A DNA stretch of 64,000 nucleotides, from assembly GCA_051362555.1 (NCBI GenBank), contig CM120643.1, positions 6,944,001 to 7,008,000 on the forward strand. The letters run 5' to 3'. This DNA is from Lingula anatina. Lineage: Eukaryota; Animalia; Brachiopoda. The translations under genes and the position numbers were made by a program. A model generated the notes under the pieces. It ran no database searches and was not told the DNA's origin. It was given only the letters and a program-made list of their open reading frames with translations. Positions 62,622-64,000 of the stretch are shown piece after piece; position 1 is the stretch's first letter; each line of letters starts with the position of its first letter.

Positions 62622-64000
62622 CAGTGACTCAAACCATACCTAACTCATTTGTGCATGAAAGAGGGAATCTTGCTAGTGGTTCTAATGCCTCTACTCACTC
62701 CAGTCAGTCCAATATTCAACAATATTCAACCCCCATTATGGAGTCCCAGCCTTATAATACCCTAGCAGTACAGTATGCCTTTCCATAATGGCAGGGGGAG
62801 TGGTGGTAGCAGTTCTGCTTATTACAAGACCAGACGTCTATCCATTCTTGAAACTCAAGAGATTCTTCTAATGTAAGGAAAAGCAAAACACTGTCAAATC
62901 TAAAAGATGATAACCTCTCATGGAGTGAAGATATCATGAAACTCCTATCCGAAACAAATTTGGAGATATATGGTTAAAACAGATATCTTCACATAAAATT
63001 CCTTAGCACATGCAAAAAAACACATCATCAGTGGCTTGCACAGTAAACTTGAAGACAAATCTAAATCCAGCATCAACTGCCAATTCAAAAATACATTAAA
63101 AAAAAAAAAATTAATATCTGGACATTGTTCAAGATGATGAAAAAAGAAGAAGTCTTAGTTGTTTTCGCACCAGTGGGCATAAACTCCACATTGAAACAGG
63201 CAGATACACTAACACCACTCCTGATACACAAACACATCTACATTTCTGCTTTAATTTGATATACTCAGGACATACTGTAGCATCATATCCAAGCTGCTAA
63301 CAATAACAAAACAATATCATAAAATAATCATGCTGATTTTCTAGAGGAATTTAAAACAAAAATACAGTTTATCAGTATAAGGGTTAACAACAGATGTGTC
63401 ACAAAGTGATGACTATGGCAATGACACTGGACAGACACAGTGATCAGAATATAGACAGACTGAAAGTGTCTGTATATAATAAATATGTCATAAAACTTGC
63501 AATTATACCTTAATGAACTAGCAATGATCATCTATAACACATCATATCTGAACTGAAATATATCTCGCTGTATATGCTATCTCTTCTAGACTAAGTACTG
63601 TAATAGTATCCATGCATATAGGGAAAATTATTATAACATATCACAACTGAGCTGAAATATCAATTCACTTTTAAACATTTCCATTGTGTCTATTCATCTT
63701 CAGTGATAGAGTATTGTCTAACACAATCTCCTTGCTTTATATACCCTGCCTCTATAGTTTCTATGCATATGGGGGAAATTGATTCTTTGTGTTACCTGGA
63801 ACCCACATTTGTTGTGTAATTGTACTGTTCCATATAACTGGCTCCACAGGATCTGCTGTGTTTGGAAGTCTTGTTCTGGGGGGTTCTGGCAGCACTCTCT
63901 AAAATCATAAATGAAATGGGTGTAACTGTTTGCAGTGTAACCGTTTTCATGTGAATCCTCTCTGTAATATCCTTAACAATTCTTCGTGCATCTAGTATAA

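Overview
AT-rich, intron-containing eukaryotic DNA whose repeat families look like those of a marine invertebrate (mollusc/lophotrochozoan-like; inference). One host gene is supportable: a minus-strand FAST-kinase-domain (FASTKD-like, RAP-domain) mitochondrial RNA-binding protein. It has a 1.9-kb first coding exon (9059-7124), a RAP-completing exon missed by the ORF track (6419-6278), a probable tiny last exon (2181-2166) and an abutting uORF. From about 26 kb to the end the window is almost entirely mobile-element debris. It holds a Gypsy remnant with an extra spliced C2H2 zinc-finger ORF and a 100-bp palindromic array, a LINE RT fragment, and a 12-kb three-level nest (TA-TSD TIR element > Academ-like element > head-to-tail Helentron/HINE dimer carrying 146-bp satellite). 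It also holds an internally deleted ISL2EU element and an ssDNA-virus-type SF3 helicase. A dense mosaic of pogo, Ulp1, hAT, P2X7-ballast-like, integrase and DUF6589/Academ fragments follows, then an HhH-gag LTR element with an intact frameshift pseudoknot. Nearly all coding remnants lie on the + strand, which suggests a uni-strand piRNA-cluster-like TE/virus trap (hypothesis). All calls are by eye from motifs; no database searches were run.
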